From: an uncultured Omnitrophica bacterium
GTDB lineage: Bacteria > Omnitrophota > Gorgyraeia > JACQQV01
DNA: 64,000 nt
Assembly: GCA_947085655.1 (NCBI GenBank)
Contig: CAMTXH010000009.1
Span: 3,738 to 67,737, forward strand
Direction of reading: 5' to 3'
Shown: piece by piece, positions 38,201 to 46,361 of the stretch
Layout of the letters: every line of letters starts with the position of its first letter
Position numbering within the stretch: position 1 is the stretch's first letter
Position numbers and translations under genes: made by a program
The notes under the pieces: generated by a model
The model's input: only the letters and a program-made list of their open reading frames with translations
Databases searched by the model: none
Told to the model about the DNA's origin: nothing

Positions 38201-39912
38201 GCGATCCGATGAAGGACGGAATGCTCTTTGAAAAATTCACGTACGATCGTGTCCCTCCTCTTTTGTACAACACCCCTTACCTCTTCGGAGTCAGAAATCC
38301 AAAACTCCTTGAGGCGTACCGGAAGGCGATGGCAGAGGAACCGGAAGTTCACCCAAAGACAGGTTACACCCTCTTTTTTGCCTCCCCGTTGGAGCGGGTT
38401 TTCCGAGACACACCCGTTTCAAAACTCCAAAGGGCGAATCCGATTCAAATCGCCTTGGCGGTCAACGAATCCGAATCGTATCAAATTGTCCTTGCGGCAG
38501 GCGGGGAAGATCTGAAAGGCGTTCGACTTGACGCCGGTCCCCTTATTCATCAAGACGGCATCTCTGTCATCGGACAGAATCAGATCCGTCTTCACCCTGT
38601 CGGCTATGTCCCGGTGAAGAAATCGGATCATCTCAAAGAACTGGAAGGGCTGGTGCCGGATCCGCTTTTACCGATGGAGCCCTTTGAGGTCAAGAAGGGA
38701 ACCCTTCAACCGGTTTGGGTCACTGTCACCGCCCCTCCCGGAACGCTTCCCGGTGAATACGAAGGTTCGCTGACGCTCTCTTCCGAAAATGCTCCCTTCC
38801 AAAAGATCGCCCTGCGGGTGCGGGTGTGGGCCTTTGAGCTGCCGAAACAGCCGCATCTTAAGACCGCTTTCGATTTTTACCGGAGCCGGCTCGTTCAGGC
38901 ATACGAGAGTTTTTTTCCGGAGTGGTGGGAGAAGTGGAAAGGAACTGTCGGGAAACTCGAGGAGCGGTATTTTGAGGCGATGCTCCGATACCGGATTTCA
39001 CCCGTTCTCAATATTGATCCCGCGCGCCGGGAGGATATCCGGAAGGTCCTTCGCCTCCGGATGCAGGGACTCAATGCGTTCGCCATCGGTCCTTACAGCG
39101 GCAGTCACGGAAACAACTGGCCGGATGACCTGACCCAGGTTATTCCACGCTACCGCGAATACGGACGGTTTCTCCGGGATTACGGCCTTTTGGAGGACGC
39201 GTATCTTTATACCTATGACGAGCCGAAGGCGGGGACGGAAAAGGTGGCCACCGTCTCCCGGGCCGTCCACGAAGCGGACCCCGGATTAAAGAATCTTGTG
39301 GCATTCCATCAGCCCTTCCGTTTCGAGGAGGAGCAGGAATGGTTTCGGGATATCGATATTGTTTGCATCCGGAATGTGATTTTTGACCCGAAAGAGGCGG
39401 AGAAGATTCGAAAAGCAGGGAAGGAACTTTGGATTTACTGCTCCGGCCCCTCTTTTCCGTATCCGACCTTTGTGATTGATTATCCGACGATGGCATACCG
39501 GATTCTCCCCTGGATGTGCTGGAAATACAATGTCTCCGGCCTTCTCTACTGGTGTGTCAATTTCTGGACGAAGAATCCGTATCTTGACCCGGTGAATACC
39601 CAGTGGGAGCAGAACGGAAACGGGTCCCTTTTTTACCCCGGACCGGAAGGGCCGGTCGGCTCGATTCGGCTTGAGATTATCCGGGACGGGATTGAGGATT
39701 ATGACATGCTGGCGATTCTCTCCGAGCGGCTGAAGGGAGCGAGGTCGGACGGGAGCGTCCTCCCAGCGGTCCTCCGGCAGGCGGAGGATGTCCTGCTTCA
39801 GGCGGAGCACCTCACCCCCTCGATGGAGAAATACCCCCAAGATCCGGAAACTCTTCTTTCTTTGCGGGAGAAAATCGCCGAAGCGATTCAATCCCTCGGA
39901 GGGAACCGATGA
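35233..39912 (+). CDS. very large (1559 aa) secreted/anchored multi-domain protein; C-terminal region resembles DUF4091/GH123-like glycoside-hydrolase-associated domain
   Basis: N-terminal signal/anchor (WFGLVILVVLLIGLGL); central Trp/Gly-rich region (WGWHPEGRWGWFNCEG) resembling heparinase-II/III-type (alpha/alpha)-toroid proteins; C-terminal PYPTFVIDY...LLYWCVNFW motif like DUF4091. Confidence 0.55.
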   Translation: MKKWFGLVILVVLLIGLGLRSPFFKKGKELPEFGRTAGEFVLGDFESEEALKNWEAKGVLVFLTEQYAVRGRHSASLNYSDDGNPVFALEQYFRTHEQARDWRPYEELLFTVFNPGQTKERIGLQVKDGSSRRYKEDIVIPANSALSHRLPMKKIAPFVDLRDIAQLNFFRWDPKKTAVFFLDDVRLIPQPQEAPKKEGKTTEAFSFDGSIRPTSPNAVSGQLFHRYAEKWEVTENGETFLRIPLRVAQDQSFLFEGTPVSGGIPFPYGLLKATTSFKLRTAGGTELPIQIRPLAFWEDGSVKWLHVNTEGTARAADQGLFFEIHKSPPSKPNETPLKVTQDSGQMTVVTGPLKFSVNKAKFTLLEEVFLDRNGDGQFSPEEKVAQGGDLFIRHRDEMFRSSLSRHYTLAVEEIGPLRVTLKASGWFTNESGRPFCQYEVRIQAFSGKSDIRLFHTLIYTGYPANRYHHEYENVKLPENETIEEIGIEQFISEKGIGRYQVGLPEKALTGTFQKPLVLSQLKADGFQLNQGEKTLHQGEKALGWLHAASESFGVTVNVRDFWQQYPKEIHLDPAGKLTVSLWPRSAGVLNLETGPAAEGPDAVARGSAFGLAKTHELTFSYHPGWVDPQTLHPKLSLWQHPPLLHSSPEWVYATYALGSIGPYSPLLEEEELLKRLFDWAARQPERFGWYGMLDYGDTLFWYRKEGYDKSYPDWGWHPEGRWGWFNCEGVGTHTGALFQFIRTGDYRYFAFGEASARHIMDVDTIHYDTVANDPRLREKIIGDHSRVGAMHRHNANHWGGRADEASHTHPFGFLLYYYLTGNERALEVAKEVGSYFLGRPITYTRHPDIAPQRAIANVLWGDVLLYEATRKERFKKEADHWAALFVNGQREDGGWGENYNPQLGTWDHEAGMRFMIFHTLPALIAYHRLTGSPEVEQAIIKGTEHLMAHEDYLPFFDSLAYAYELTGEVRYLDEARRRLSEQVAAQDRSGDPMKDGMLFEKFTYDRVPPLLYNTPYLFGVRNPKLLEAYRKAMAEEPEVHPKTGYTLFFASPLERVFRDTPVSKLQRANPIQIALAVNESESYQIVLAAGGEDLKGVRLDAGPLIHQDGISVIGQNQIRLHPVGYVPVKKSDHLKELEGLVPDPLLPMEPFEVKKGTLQPVWVTVTAPPGTLPGEYEGSLTLSSENAPFQKIALRVRVWAFELPKQPHLKTAFDFYRSRLVQAYESFFPEWWEKWKGTVGKLEERYFEAMLRYRISPVLNIDPARREDIRKVLRLRMQGLNAFAIGPYSGSHGNNWPDDLTQVIPRYREYGRFLRDYGLLEDAYLYTYDEPKAGTEKVATVSRAVHEADPGLKNLVAFHQPFRFEEEQEWFRDIDIVCIRNVIFDPKEAEKIRKAGKELWIYCSGPSFPYPTFVIDYPTMAYRILPWMCWKYNVSGLLYWCVNFWTKNPYLDPVNTQWEQNGNGSLFYPGPEGPVGSIRLEIIRDGIEDYDMLAILSERLKGARSDGSVLPAVLRQAEDVLLQAEHLTPSMEKYPQDPETLLSLREKIAEAIQSLGGNR

Positions 39913-40700
39913 AAAAGGGAAATGTCTTCCTTCCCATTTTGAATTATCATGCGCTGACCGACGGCGGATTTTCTCCCGACGGGATTTACACCCTTTCGAA
40001 GGAGGTTTTCCAAAGACAGCTTGACATTCTTGCAAGAAACCGGATGCAGAGCGTTTCACTTGAAGAGGTGTGGCAGTGGCTTCCGGGGAAAAGGGATCTG
40101 CCGGAGCGGGCGGTGGTTTTGACTTTTGACGACGGGTGGATAAGCGATTTTTCCGTGGCAGTCCCTCTTTTGAGGCAATACGGATTCCGCGCCGCCTTCT
40201 TCGTCAATCCCGGAACACTGGACACCGAAGGTTATCTCACAACAGATGCCCTCAAGGAAATGGGACGTTCCGGCATGGAAATCGGTTCCCACGGATTTGA
40301 CCATCTCTTCCTGACGACCCTTGCCGATGCGGACCTTGCGGTGCAGGTGGAAACCTCAAAGATTGAACTTGAGATTCTTCTCGGAAAAGAGATCCACTTT
40401 TTTTCGATTCCAAGGGGCCGCTACGACGAACGGGTTTTGAAGGCGATCCGGGATGCCGGTTATCGGCTGGCATGCAGTTCCGATGTCGGTTTGAACCGGC
40501 AAGACACAGATCCCTTTCGTCTCCGCAGGTGGGCCCTGAAGCGTTCCACCCGCGAGGACGATTTTATCTCCATTGTGGAGGGAAGACCGAAAAAACATCT
40601 TTTCGCGGAATATTTTTTCAAAGATGCGGCTTACCGGCTCTTAGGCCATACGGCGTATGAATGGGTTCGGAATAGGCTTCTCAAGGAAAGCATGACATGA
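39909..40700 (+). CDS. NodB-type polysaccharide deacetylase (PEP-CTERM-locus type)
   Basis: LNYHAL...LTFDDGWISDF...GSHGFDHLFL: NodB motifs 1-3. Confidence 0.8.
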   Translation: MKKGNVFLPILNYHALTDGGFSPDGIYTLSKEVFQRQLDILARNRMQSVSLEEVWQWLPGKRDLPERAVVLTFDDGWISDFSVAVPLLRQYGFRAAFFVNPGTLDTEGYLTTDALKEMGRSGMEIGSHGFDHLFLTTLADADLAVQVETSKIELEILLGKEIHFFSIPRGRYDERVLKAIRDAGYRLACSSDVGLNRQDTDPFRLRRWALKRSTREDDFISIVEGRPKKHLFAEYFFKDAAYRLLGHTAYEWVRNRLLKESMT

Positions 40701-41830
40701 CCACTCTTTTCTGGTTTTCGGTTTTTATTCTGATTTACATCTACATCGGATATCCGGCTCTTTTGGGCGTTGGGTCCCGGTTTTTCCGGAAGCCGGTCCG
40801 GAAGGGGGCCGTTTTCCCGACCGTCTCGGTCCTCCTTTCCGCTTATAACGAGGAAAAGGTTATCCAGCGAAAGATGGAAAATCTCCTCTCCCTCGATTAT
40901 CCGGATGAAAAGATTGAAATTCTGGCCGGCTCCGACGGCTCGACGGACGAAACACCCTCGATCCTCCGGTCCTACGCGGGGGAACATGTTCATCTGGTCA
41001 TCCAAACCGAAAGAAAAGGGAAGGCCAAGATGCTGAACGCCCTTTTTCAAAAGGCAAAAGGGGAGATTCTGGTGTTGACGGACGCCCGCCAGCGGATCGA
41101 CCGGCAGGCGATCCGGAGACTTGTCCGGAATTTCAACGACCCGAAAGTCGGCTGCGCAAGCGGCGAACTGGTCCTCAAAGAAAACGGCAATTCCGTCGGG
41201 AAAGGGATCGGCCTTTACTGGAACTACGAGAAATTCATCCGAAAGACCGAGAGCGAAATCGACTCCGTCATCGGGGCGACGGGTGCTTTGTACGCGATCC
41301 GGAGGTCCGTCTGGCGTCCGATTCCGGAGGAGACGATTTTGGACGATCTCTATCTTCCGATGCAGGCGGTCTCCCAGGGATTCCGGACCGTCTTCGACGG
41401 CGAGGCGCGGGTGTATGACGTGACTTCTCTCACCCCCAGGCAGGAATACGAACGGAAGGTGCGGACGTTGGCGGGGAATTACCAAAGTTTCGTCCAGTTT
41501 GCATCTCTTTTTAACCCTTTTCGGAGCCGCGTCGCGCTTCAATTCATCTCGCATAAACTTCTCCGAATCCTGGCGCCCTTTTTCCTGGCGACTCTTTTGG
41601 CGGCAAACGGGTTTCTATGGGAGGACCTTTTCTACCGAATTTTCTTCTTCATGCAGTCGGCCTTTTATGCGATGGCGGCAGTTGGGGCGTTTGCGCCGGT
41701 GAAGCGGATTCGCTTTTTTGCCGCACCGTATGTCTTTTGCCTGCTGAATTTCTCCGCGCTGGCCGGACTGGTCCGGTATCTTTCGGGAAGACAGCATGTC
41801 ACCTGGCAGAAAGGGGGTCTTTTGTCGTGA
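40697..41830 (+). CDS. membrane-bound GT2 glycosyltransferase
   Basis: N-terminal TM, VSVLLSAYNEEKVI...ILAGSDGSTDET...LTDARQ, C-terminal TM helices. Confidence 0.8.
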   Translation: MTTLFWFSVFILIYIYIGYPALLGVGSRFFRKPVRKGAVFPTVSVLLSAYNEEKVIQRKMENLLSLDYPDEKIEILAGSDGSTDETPSILRSYAGEHVHLVIQTERKGKAKMLNALFQKAKGEILVLTDARQRIDRQAIRRLVRNFNDPKVGCASGELVLKENGNSVGKGIGLYWNYEKFIRKTESEIDSVIGATGALYAIRRSVWRPIPEETILDDLYLPMQAVSQGFRTVFDGEARVYDVTSLTPRQEYERKVRTLAGNYQSFVQFASLFNPFRSRVALQFISHKLLRILAPFFLATLLAANGFLWEDLFYRIFFFMQSAFYAMAAVGAFAPVKRIRFFAAPYVFCLLNFSALAGLVRYLSGRQHVTWQKGGLLS

Positions 41831-42621
41831 AACTCGCTGCGATCGGAATTCTTTTCCTCTTTGCCTATTTTCCGACGCTCGTTTGGATGGCGGACCGTTG
41901 GATGGCGGCCGATTCCTATTACGGGCACGGTTTTCTGATTCCGCTTGTGAGCGCCTACCTTGTTTGGCGCAAGCGGAAGGAAATTGCGCAACTTCCGAAG
42001 GAATCTTCAAGCTGGGGGCTTGTTCTCCTTGTCGTCGGGCTTCTCATTCATCTGGCGAGCGCTATGGTCAAGGTCTATTTCACCTCCGGTTTCTCGATCC
42101 TGATTTCCGTTTCGGGGCTGGTTCTCTATCTGGGGGGAAAACGGCTGCTCCGGGCGGTCGGGTTTCCGATTTTCATGCTCTTTTTCATGATTCCCTTTCC
42201 GCTCGTTGTCATCGGAACGGCGGTCCTCCGGTTGAAACTGTTTGCGGCGATGTGCGCCACCGTGATTCTTCATCTGATCGGGATGCCGGCAGTCCAGCAG
42301 GGAAGCACCATCTTTATGCGGAACGCCACCGTTCTGGTGGATGATCCGTGCAGCGGACTCCGTTCGCTCCTTTCGCTTCTGACACTCGGGGTTTTGTTTG
42401 CCTATCTGAAGCAGGCCCGACTTTCAAGACGGGTCCTCTTTTTCCTTTCTTCCATCCCGATCGCGATTTTTGCAAATGTCATCCGGATTGTGATGCTGGC
42501 CGGGATCGCCGACATTTACGGGGTGGATGTGGCATTGAAATTCTTCCATGACTTCTCCGGTTTTGTGGTATTCGGGCTTGCCCTCGGGGGATTGTCACTC
42601 GTCGGGAGAGTTCTTCAATGA
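41827..42621 (+). CDS. epsH: exosortase (EpsH/Xrt family transpeptidase)
   Basis: Likely GTG start at 41827 overlapping upstream TGA (ORF-track start 41617 is an upstream extension); 8 TM helices; invariant exosortase motifs DDPCSGLRSL (Cys) and FANVIRIVML (Asn/Arg). Confidence 0.8.
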   Translation: MKLAAIGILFLFAYFPTLVWMADRWMAADSYYGHGFLIPLVSAYLVWRKRKEIAQLPKESSSWGLVLLVVGLLIHLASAMVKVYFTSGFSILISVSGLVLYLGGKRLLRAVGFPIFMLFFMIPFPLVVIGTAVLRLKLFAAMCATVILHLIGMPAVQQGSTIFMRNATVLVDDPCSGLRSLLSLLTLGVLFAYLKQARLSRRVLFFLSSIPIAIFANVIRIVMLAGIADIYGVDVALKFFHDFSGFVVFGLALGGLSLVGRVLQ

Positions 42622-43250
42622 AAAAAAACTGGGTTGTGAGCACCATTTTATTCATCATCGTCGGAGCGATCTCTCTCCACTTTTATCAGATTCAACGCGC
42701 CACCCACGATACAAGGGATATCCGGAAGATTCCGATGGAACTGGGCGGGTGGCAGGCAAGGAATATCCAAGTGACGGATCGGGAGTATGAGGTGCTTGAG
42801 ACGCGAAATCTGATTTCCCGCGAATACCGGAATGGAAAGGGAGAGTCGATGAGTCTTTTTGTCATCTATTCCGAGACAAACCGCCGCGTCTGCCATCCGC
42901 CGGTCGTCTGCCTGATCGGAAGCGGCGCTACCGTCAACCAAAGCGGCCGCTCATTTCTTTCGTTCCCGGAAAAGGAAATTCCGGTCAACACCCTGATGGT
43001 TCAATCCGGAAATCAAAAAAATCTGGTTCTCTATTGGTATATGCTGGATGAATCCTTCACGGAGGATTACTTCACCCAGCAGTTTCGATGGGTCATCCGC
43101 CAAGCGATGGGTCACCGGGGAGGAGGTGCGCTCATCCGCGTCGTGACGCCCCTCCATGGAACGGAAGAAGAGACGCTCGAACGGGTAAAGGAATTTATCC
43201 AAGAACTCCTTCCGCATCTGACAGAAGAAAAGAAGGTCCGCTCGACCTAA
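42618..43250 (+). CDS. epsI: EpsI-family exosortase-associated protein
   Basis: 210 aa, N-terminal TM anchor then periplasmic domain, immediately downstream of and overlapping the exosortase gene (ATGA), as in EpsH/EpsI pairs. Confidence 0.7.
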   Translation: MKKNWVVSTILFIIVGAISLHFYQIQRATHDTRDIRKIPMELGGWQARNIQVTDREYEVLETRNLISREYRNGKGESMSLFVIYSETNRRVCHPPVVCLIGSGATVNQSGRSFLSFPEKEIPVNTLMVQSGNQKNLVLYWYMLDESFTEDYFTQQFRWVIRQAMGHRGGGALIRVVTPLHGTEEETLERVKEFIQELLPHLTEEKKVRST

Positions 43251-43436
43251 TCTTCCGTGTTGTATTTAGGGTCAACATGTCGAATTGCTTAAACAGATTA
43301 AATCTGGACTGTCCTGGATAACCCTGGACAAACCCGGACAGTCTCTGAATAGAGGGAAAATTAATGCATAACTTATTTCATTATAAAGAGTTACAGACAT
43401 GACAAATAGAAAAATATTAATTCCTTTACGGGAGGT

Positions 43437-43452
43437 TGGCATGGAGATTGCG
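43437..43452 (+). promoter_or_regulatory. sigma-54 (RpoN) -24/-12 promoter TGGCAT-N5-TTGC
   Basis: TGGCATggagaTTGCg at 43437-43452; consensus spacing; ~60 nt upstream of ATG 43514; preceded at 43304-43343 by four CTGGAC-like repeats with 10-11-bp phasing. Confidence 0.55.
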
Positions 43453-43513
43453 TATATTCAATAGATGCGGCAGACTTTCTATGCCTTGTTTGGACCAAGA
43501 TTAAACAAATAAA

Positions 43514-44332
43514 ATGAAGCCATTCAGGAAAACCCAAAGCGCTAGAGGAAGAATTCAACTTACCGTGACTCTCGGAGTAGCACTTCTTGTGCTCGTGGGT
43601 CTTGCAACGGTTTGGTGCGTCAACTCCTTTTCAGACACCGGTGCATTCGGAGCACAACACAAGATGCCGGTTCCTGAACCGAGCAGTGCTATTCTTCTTG
43701 GCGGAGGCGGCATTTTGGGCGCCATCGTGCGGTTTGCCCGGCGCCGTTTTCAGGAGTTCAAACGGGCTTTCGATCTCTTCTTTGCATCCCTGGGTCTTTT
43801 GGTCTCCCTTCCGATTCTGGCGCTCATCGGCCTCTGGATTAAGTGTATCTCAGCCGGGAGCGTTTTCTTCACACAGGAACGGGTCGGAAAGGATGGCGCG
43901 CTTTTTACGATTTATAAACTCCGGACGATGCATAACGGTGCGGAGGCCGAAACCGGGCCGGTTTGGGCCCGGGAGAACGACCCGCGCCTGATTCCTTTCG
44001 GGAAGTGGATTCGGAGACTTCACCTGGATGAGATTCCGCAGCTTTGGAATGTTCTCCAGGGAGAGATGAGTCTGATCGGACCCAGACCCGAGCGCCCCGA
44101 ATTTGTCCAAGAGCTCCAAAGAGCCATCCCGGATTACGAAAAGCGTTTAAAGGTGAAGCCGGGGATCACGGGACTCGCGCAGGTCTGGCACAAATATGAC
44201 GAAACCCTTCAGGATGTCCGGAAGAAGATTAAATACGACCTTCTCTACATCCGAAAGATGTGCCTCTGGGTGGACTTGCGGATTCTGGCGAATACGGTCC
44301 TTGTGGTGTTGACCGGAAGGGGGGCACGCTAA
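43514..44332 (+). CDS. priming polyprenyl-phosphate sugar-phosphotransferase (Bac_transf/WbaP-C-terminal type) carrying an N-terminal signal-peptide + PEP-CTERM-like module
   Basis: aa 83-272: KRAFDLFFASLGLLVSLPILALIG...FTQERVG...KLRTM...PGITGLAQV = Bac_transf catalytic domain. aa 1-80: hydrophobic signal-like helix then VPEPSSAILLGGGGILGAIVRFARRRF, same pattern as the three PEP-CTERM tails downstream. Confidence 0.75.
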   Translation: MKPFRKTQSARGRIQLTVTLGVALLVLVGLATVWCVNSFSDTGAFGAQHKMPVPEPSSAILLGGGGILGAIVRFARRRFQEFKRAFDLFFASLGLLVSLPILALIGLWIKCISAGSVFFTQERVGKDGALFTIYKLRTMHNGAEAETGPVWARENDPRLIPFGKWIRRLHLDEIPQLWNVLQGEMSLIGPRPERPEFVQELQRAIPDYEKRLKVKPGITGLAQVWHKYDETLQDVRKKIKYDLLYIRKMCLWVDLRILANTVLVVLTGRGAR

Positions 44333-44845
44333 ATGTCCCGGTACCGTGGCCTGGGGAGTCTGAGTTCAACCGCTTTTAAGGCGCTCATCATTAATACACT
44401 CTTTCTCGGCATTGCCCTTGCGGCGGGAAGCGGCCTTTTTTACGTTTATCACGATAAAAATTCGCCGGAGAGTTTTTACAAGAATGAAGGATACACCCTT
44501 CTCACGGGCGAAATGACCAAGAAAGACAAAGCCGTTTGGGAGGGGCAGGAAAATATCTTCGGCGCCACAACGTATCTTGCAACCGGTGACAATTTGCGGA
44601 ACCCGAATTTTGACAATGCGGAGACAAGGGAATTCATCCAACGCCAGGATACCCGGCATGCAACGCAGGTCCCGATTAAGGCGATTCAATTTTTCGGATC
44701 CTCAATGACGGTCACCTTCGAAAACGGTTGCGAGGTGACCCGGACATGGGATATCGCCCGGAGCCCCGGGAAGATCTATCCAACTCGTAAAATCACGGAG
44801 GAGTGCGATGATGCAAAACGACAGGAACTTCCGCCTTATTCATAA
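44333..44845 (+). CDS. membrane-anchored hypothetical protein
   Basis: 170 aa; TAAATG overlap with upstream gene; single N-terminal TM (ALIINTLFLGIALAAGSGLFYVY). Confidence 0.5.
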   Translation: MSRYRGLGSLSSTAFKALIINTLFLGIALAAGSGLFYVYHDKNSPESFYKNEGYTLLTGEMTKKDKAVWEGQENIFGATTYLATGDNLRNPNFDNAETREFIQRQDTRHATQVPIKAIQFFGSSMTVTFENGCEVTRTWDIARSPGKIYPTRKITEECDDAKRQELPPYS

Positions 44846-45590
44846 TCCATACGTCATTCTGATTGCCGTTACGGCACTCATGTTTGGATGGGCCGTTCAG
44901 GCGGAGGCGTCCATCTTTCACCAGATTCCGTTTGAATTCATCTCCTTCTCAGAAGGAGACCTTGATTATTCGGATTCGGCCGATGACAACAACACCGGCT
45001 CGACACCTCTCGGGTTTTCCGTCACGCTGGGAGGAGCGACCTACAGCTACTTTGACATGGATTCAAACGGCTATATTCAACTGTTAACCGGGGCGGCACA
45101 TTCTCCCACCGAATACGGTTACGGCGGAATTGATGATTTGATCGATGAAGATCCGACATCCACCTATCTTCTTTCGGCCTACGATGACCTCTCTTCTTAT
45201 GATTACGGCTTTTACGGATATAAAGTCTATGGGGACATGGTCATTTTTTACTATGATACCGAGACCTATGACGATGGGGGCTACGAGCTTTTGAATAATT
45301 TTGAAGTCATTCTTTACGATGACGGTCGTGTCCAGTGGAACTTCAACTACGCCGATTACGACATTTATGGTTATGATCTCTACTCGGGCCTCTATTTCGG
45401 GAACACGGAAACGCGCCATGAGTTATACCGGGAGACGATTCCTCAAAGGGAGTCGTGGATCTACGGACCGCATTCACACGAGGTGATTCCGGAACCGAGC
45501 TCTCTGGGACTTTTGGGAATGGGCCTTTTGGGCCTGTGGAAGTATCGTAAGAAGACAGGAAGCAATGAACACCTTGCAAATCTGTCATGA
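44808..45590 (+). CDS. PEP-CTERM sorting-domain protein, Asp/Tyr-rich
   Basis: SD GGAGGAG; signal peptide (VILIAVTALMFGWAVQA); Asp/Tyr-rich mature region; C-terminal VIPEPSSLGLLGMGLLGLWKYRKK followed by an 11-aa tail. Confidence 0.75.
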   Translation: MMQNDRNFRLIHNPYVILIAVTALMFGWAVQAEASIFHQIPFEFISFSEGDLDYSDSADDNNTGSTPLGFSVTLGGATYSYFDMDSNGYIQLLTGAAHSPTEYGYGGIDDLIDEDPTSTYLLSAYDDLSSYDYGFYGYKVYGDMVIFYYDTETYDDGGYELLNNFEVILYDDGRVQWNFNYADYDIYGYDLYSGLYFGNTETRHELYRETIPQRESWIYGPHSHEVIPEPSSLGLLGMGLLGLWKYRKKTGSNEHLANLS

Positions 45591-45613
45591 AAAACAAGGA
45601 GGAGGTAAGTAGC

Positions 45614-46297
45614 ATGAGTAAACCGAAGTTAGTAGTTTTAGCAGCGGCAGTCCTTCTGCTCTTGAGCGGAGGGAATGCCCTTGCTGTCCCGAGCATCGAC
45701 GGAACGATCGGTCCCGGGGAATGGAGCGCAGGCCTGATCATCAATTCGTTCGATCCGAACGAAGGCGGGATCCCGGATGATTATGACATCTTCCGGGTCG
45801 CGATGATTCAGGAGAATTCCGGCGGGTCGGATGACGGGCTCTATATCCTCATCGACCTTTACGGATCGCCGACTTTCACCTCACTGGATGAGACGTCGCC
45901 ACCGGCGCCTGTCTCCTACAGGACGGCAATTGATGTCAACCGGGACGGAGATTTCAATGATGCGGTGGATCGCATCTTCGATTTCCGCGCCACCGGATTC
46001 ACCGTCTTTGACGGAACCGGGACAGCGATTGCCGACACCGGCACAGAGTTCATTTTGGGTCCGGATGTGGTGGAGTTCTTTATTCCGGAAGATATGCTCG
46101 GAGGACCTTTCTCGTCCTTCGACACCTTCACGCGTCTGGATAACGGCGGTGAGCCTGCAGACGACCGGGTGCCGGATAGAGGGTTCGACACTACGATTCC
46201 GGAGCCGGCCACCATGGCCCTTTTTGGTTCAGGGCTTTTGGGGGCTTTGGGATACGCCAGAAGGAAATCTGCAATGAAGCCGTACCACAAACCTTAA
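45614..46297 (+). CDS. PEP-CTERM sorting-domain protein
   Basis: SD AAGGAGGAGG then ATG 45614 (ORF-track start 45587 would place the SD inside the ORF); signal peptide LVVLAAAVLLLLSGGNALA; C-terminus TIPEPATMALFGSGLLGALGYARRKS. Confidence 0.75.
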   Translation: MSKPKLVVLAAAVLLLLSGGNALAVPSIDGTIGPGEWSAGLIINSFDPNEGGIPDDYDIFRVAMIQENSGGSDDGLYILIDLYGSPTFTSLDETSPPAPVSYRTAIDVNRDGDFNDAVDRIFDFRATGFTVFDGTGTAIADTGTEFILGPDVVEFFIPEDMLGGPFSSFDTFTRLDNGGEPADDRVPDRGFDTTIPEPATMALFGSGLLGALGYARRKSAMKPYHKP

Positions 46298-46314
46298 GCA
46301 GACGGTTTGTGAGA

Positions 46315-46342
46315 CCCGCCTTTCGTGCATCGAAAGGCGGGG
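46315..46342 (+). other. perfect 11-bp stem / 5-nt loop hairpin without U-tract between PEP-CTERM genes
   Basis: CCCGCCTTTCG tgcat CGAAAGGCGGG; no poly-U on either strand. Confidence 0.4.
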
Positions 46343-46361
46343 AAAGGACAAATCTGCAGAG

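Noticed and set aside
41617-42621. Upstream extension of the exosortase ORF (ORF-track start 41617)
   Set aside because: The extension overlaps the 3' end of the GT2 gene in another frame and has no exosortase-like sequence; a GTG at 41827 overlapping the upstream TGA fits the operon's coupling pattern.
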